Source of the DNA: Blepharisma stoltei ATCC 30299
Lineage: Eukaryota > Protista > Ciliophora
Length of the DNA stretch: 64,000 nt
Assembly: GCA_965603825.1 (NCBI GenBank)
Contig: CBFDEM010000027.1
Span: 372,001 to 436,000 of the forward strand
Reading direction: 5' to 3'
In this document: one piece after another, positions 61,575 through 64,000 of the stretch
Layout: each line of letters begins with the position of its first letter
Position numbering within the stretch: position 1 is the first letter of the stretch
Translations under genes and position numbers: made by a program
Notes under the pieces: generated by a model
What the model was told of the DNA's origin: nothing
What the model saw: the letters and a program-made list of their open reading frames with translations, nothing else
The model's database searches: none

Positions 61575-64000
61575 ATGAGTAGCTCTGTTGCGTGATGTCT
61601 TACGTATTTCTTTAACAAATTTCTTCAAGATCGGATCAGCAGTTTAAATCCTGAACAATTAGTCACAGAACTATTTAATGGAAAAATCGAGCTTAAAAAC
61701 TTGGTATTGAACAGCAATTTATTAAGCTTTGAAAATTCTCCGGTCAAACTGACAAAAGGGCTGATACAGTCGTTTCAGCTACTTATTCCTTGGACAAAAG
61801 TGCTTTTAGGGGAGCCTTGTTTGGTGAAAATTATTGTTGATGGCATTTTCCTCGAATTAGATTATGAATTAGCTCAGAATATCGAGTCTGCCATTGACCC
61901 AGAAGAAATAAAACATAAAATTTTGTCGGAGTTCGAAGAGCAGATAAACCAAAAGAAAAGATCCTTTTATAAACTATTGAATATGATGCCGGGGAAAAAT
62001 TATTTCAGCTTAGAAATTATAGAATATATAATAAGTCGGCTTCACATTAAGGTTTCCAATGTACAATTAAGCATTAGACATCAAACTTGTATATCGGCAA
62101 ATGATATTAGTATTGATAAAATTGATAAAGCTGAGGAAAAGAAAGATATAGACACAACCTCAAAAGATAGAATCAAAATGGGAAGAGGTAGTATTGATAA
62201 AATTGAAAATAGTGTGGAAAAAATAGAAAGAGACTGAATCCCAAAAGATAGAATCAAAACGGGAAGAGATAGTATTGATAAAATTGAAAAAAGTGAGGAA
62301 AAAATACAAATAGACACAACCCCAAAAGATAGAATCAAAACGGAGAAAGATAAACAGCTTGAAATCAGCCGAGAACTGTTTCTTTCGATTGGAAAATTTA
62401 GTATAATTCCGACTGATGAGCTGTTTGAACCAATATACGACGAATATGAAAACTGGGTTTGGAGTAAACTGGAATCATTGAGGCTCTTTGGGAAAAGATT
62501 AGAAGGAAACGAACGACTGATGTCACAAAGTGCAATTCAATTTAAAATTATAAGCTTTACTGATATTGAAGTAAAATGGGCTTTTTCACATGAAAAAATC
62601 CCCAGAAAAGTGGCTAATCTTGTTGAATCATTTGACATTCAAATAAAATGGAGCTCAAAAAATATCAGATTGCTAGCAAAATCCTCTGAGCACGTAGATA
62701 TTGATTTAAATGTCGAAGTATCAAATATTCACTTAACTGCAGATGAAGAAGCTTTAAGGACAGCTATCACTTTTATAAATTCAATATCCTCAAGCAAAAG
62801 TCCTTTATCAGCCTACCAGCATGTATCAGGAAAAGACAAATGGGCAATAATTAAAGACAAAATTGTTGAAAAAGTGAGACTGAGATCGTGGTGATTTCTA
62901 ACAAGAAAAGTCCTTTGAAAAAGTGTTTACCAAAAATTATATGCAAAACACCATCTAGGAATCATTGAAAGCTCTGAAAATGCCCAAGAACAAGAAGATT
63001 TCAACGATCCAATACCTGACCAGTCAGCAAATAACTTTTCTTCACTTTCTTCAGTATCTCCAAAAGAGCTCTTAGATCGTATGCAAAGCATTGACAAAAC
63101 TTCATTGCAACGATTAAGCTCTAGAAGTGATGAAGATAGCGTCTCCTCAGGCCTACGGCAAATGAAAAACATGTGAAGATCAGCTTTAGAAAAAAAACCT
63201 AAAAGGTCTGATGATTTTTCTACAAGCACTATTTCTCTTAAAAAAGTTAAAAGCAAAATTATTCCTGCTATCCATTTCAACAGCAATTGCCCACCTGCTT
63301 TACTAGAAAAAGCATTAATGGTCGATCTAGAAAGGCATCTTTCTCTTGATGAAATATTAATGTATCGGCAAGAAATGCTGGATAAGCTTACTTATGAAGA
63401 ATTTAAACGAAGTATTGATGAAGAAGCTTCTAAAACTTCCTCATTTACCAATATTTTGAATTATTTTATGAAAAAAGGAGGAATTGAAATAGTAAATGCA
63501 ACTAACCGAATAGCCAATTTAGAAGTTAAATTAATTATAGAGTCTATTGGCTTTACATTGCAAAGACGAATTAGCGCAAAGGATAGCCAGAGTAATCCAT
63601 TTCTGAAGTTTTTAATTACAAGGCTTGAGCTCAATGGAAGTATCCAAAGCTCAGAGCCAAGGATAAAAATCAGAGAATCTGAGTATGAAAGTACTGTCTT
63701 ATTCACAATTTTGACAAGAAAAATAGAACTGAATGATGTGCAGAATTGTTCGCAGTCATCTTTAGTTAAACCTATATTAAAGATTAAGAAAGGAGCCAGC
63801 CTTGAGTTTGAACAGAAATATAAACAAGTATTAGTTAAGCAAATTTTAGATATCCAGGAAGAAACCTCAATTTCTGTCATGATACCTTGGATTGACTTCA
63901 TCATAGTTCCACAAACAATTCATGACATAAAGCTGTTTGCTCAAGCTCTTATTATGGTAAAGCCTAGCAAATATGAAAATACATGCTCGTTTCTGGATTT
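61575..64000 (+). CDS. VPS13: VPS13-like (chorein-N) lipid transfer protein, 3' partial
   Basis: LNPEQLVTELFNGKIELKNL, QLLIPW, RSWW(TGA), LERHLSLDEILMYR. Frame appears to stay open to the window end with TGA=Trp. Confidence 0.75.
62109..62351 (+). repeat. Three tandem 81-bp (27-aa) coding repeats
   Basis: agtattgataaaattga... recurs at 62109, 62190 and 62271, each copy containing caaaagatagaatcaaaa. Confidence 0.92.

Noticed and set aside
56490-62351. Tandem repeats as a CRISPR array
   Set aside because: They are in-frame coding repeats without unique spacers, and there are no cas genes.
351-62894. Widespread pseudogenisation or selenoprotein readthrough as the cause of fragmented ORFs
   Set aside because: Breaks are TGA at Trp (not Cys) positions or fall inside micro-introns, and frames are conserved.
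1-64000. Bacterial (Mycoplasma-like) or mitochondrial origin suggested by UGA=Trp and EF-Tu
   Set aside because: Gene content is nuclear eukaryotic, spliceosomal introns are present, and EF-Tu carries a mitochondrial presequence.
1-64000. tRNA, rRNA, telomeric repeats or retained IESs
   Set aside because: None recognised by eye. tRNAscan-SE, Infernal and read-level IES calling are needed to exclude them.

Overview
Gene-dense, AT-rich eukaryotic DNA, most likely a heterotrich ciliate macronuclear chromosome (Blepharisma-like). Two properties explain the fragmented ORF track. (1) In-frame TGA encodes Trp: it sits at invariant Trp positions of kinases, DHHC, calcineurin, K+ channels and others, and genes end in TAA/TAG. 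(2) Genes carry tiny 15-nt (one 16-nt) GT..AG introns with an invariant A six nt from the 3' end; 16 were located by hand. Re-reading with these rules gives about 37 genes: two KCNH/CNG-like channels, three kinase-domain proteins (one a pseudokinase), a SET methyltransferase, a TmcB-like PAS protein, SUN, DHHC, a divergent kinesin, the p1 subunit of the 6mA DNA methyltransferase complex, a GPCR, TROVE/p80, copine, mitochondrial EF-Tu, NTA1, PRODH, a C2H2 zinc finger, vWA, RING, PIGW, calcineurin A, MORN, HECT, RCC1 and VPS13. Several are absent from the supplied ORF track. Notable extras are a decayed LINE retrotransposon relic (~15.35-16.1 kb), a vWA gene broken exactly at an AAA-TAA +1 frameshift motif, and a possible lineage-specific HTH protein family. 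All family calls come from motif recognition by eye, with no database searches.
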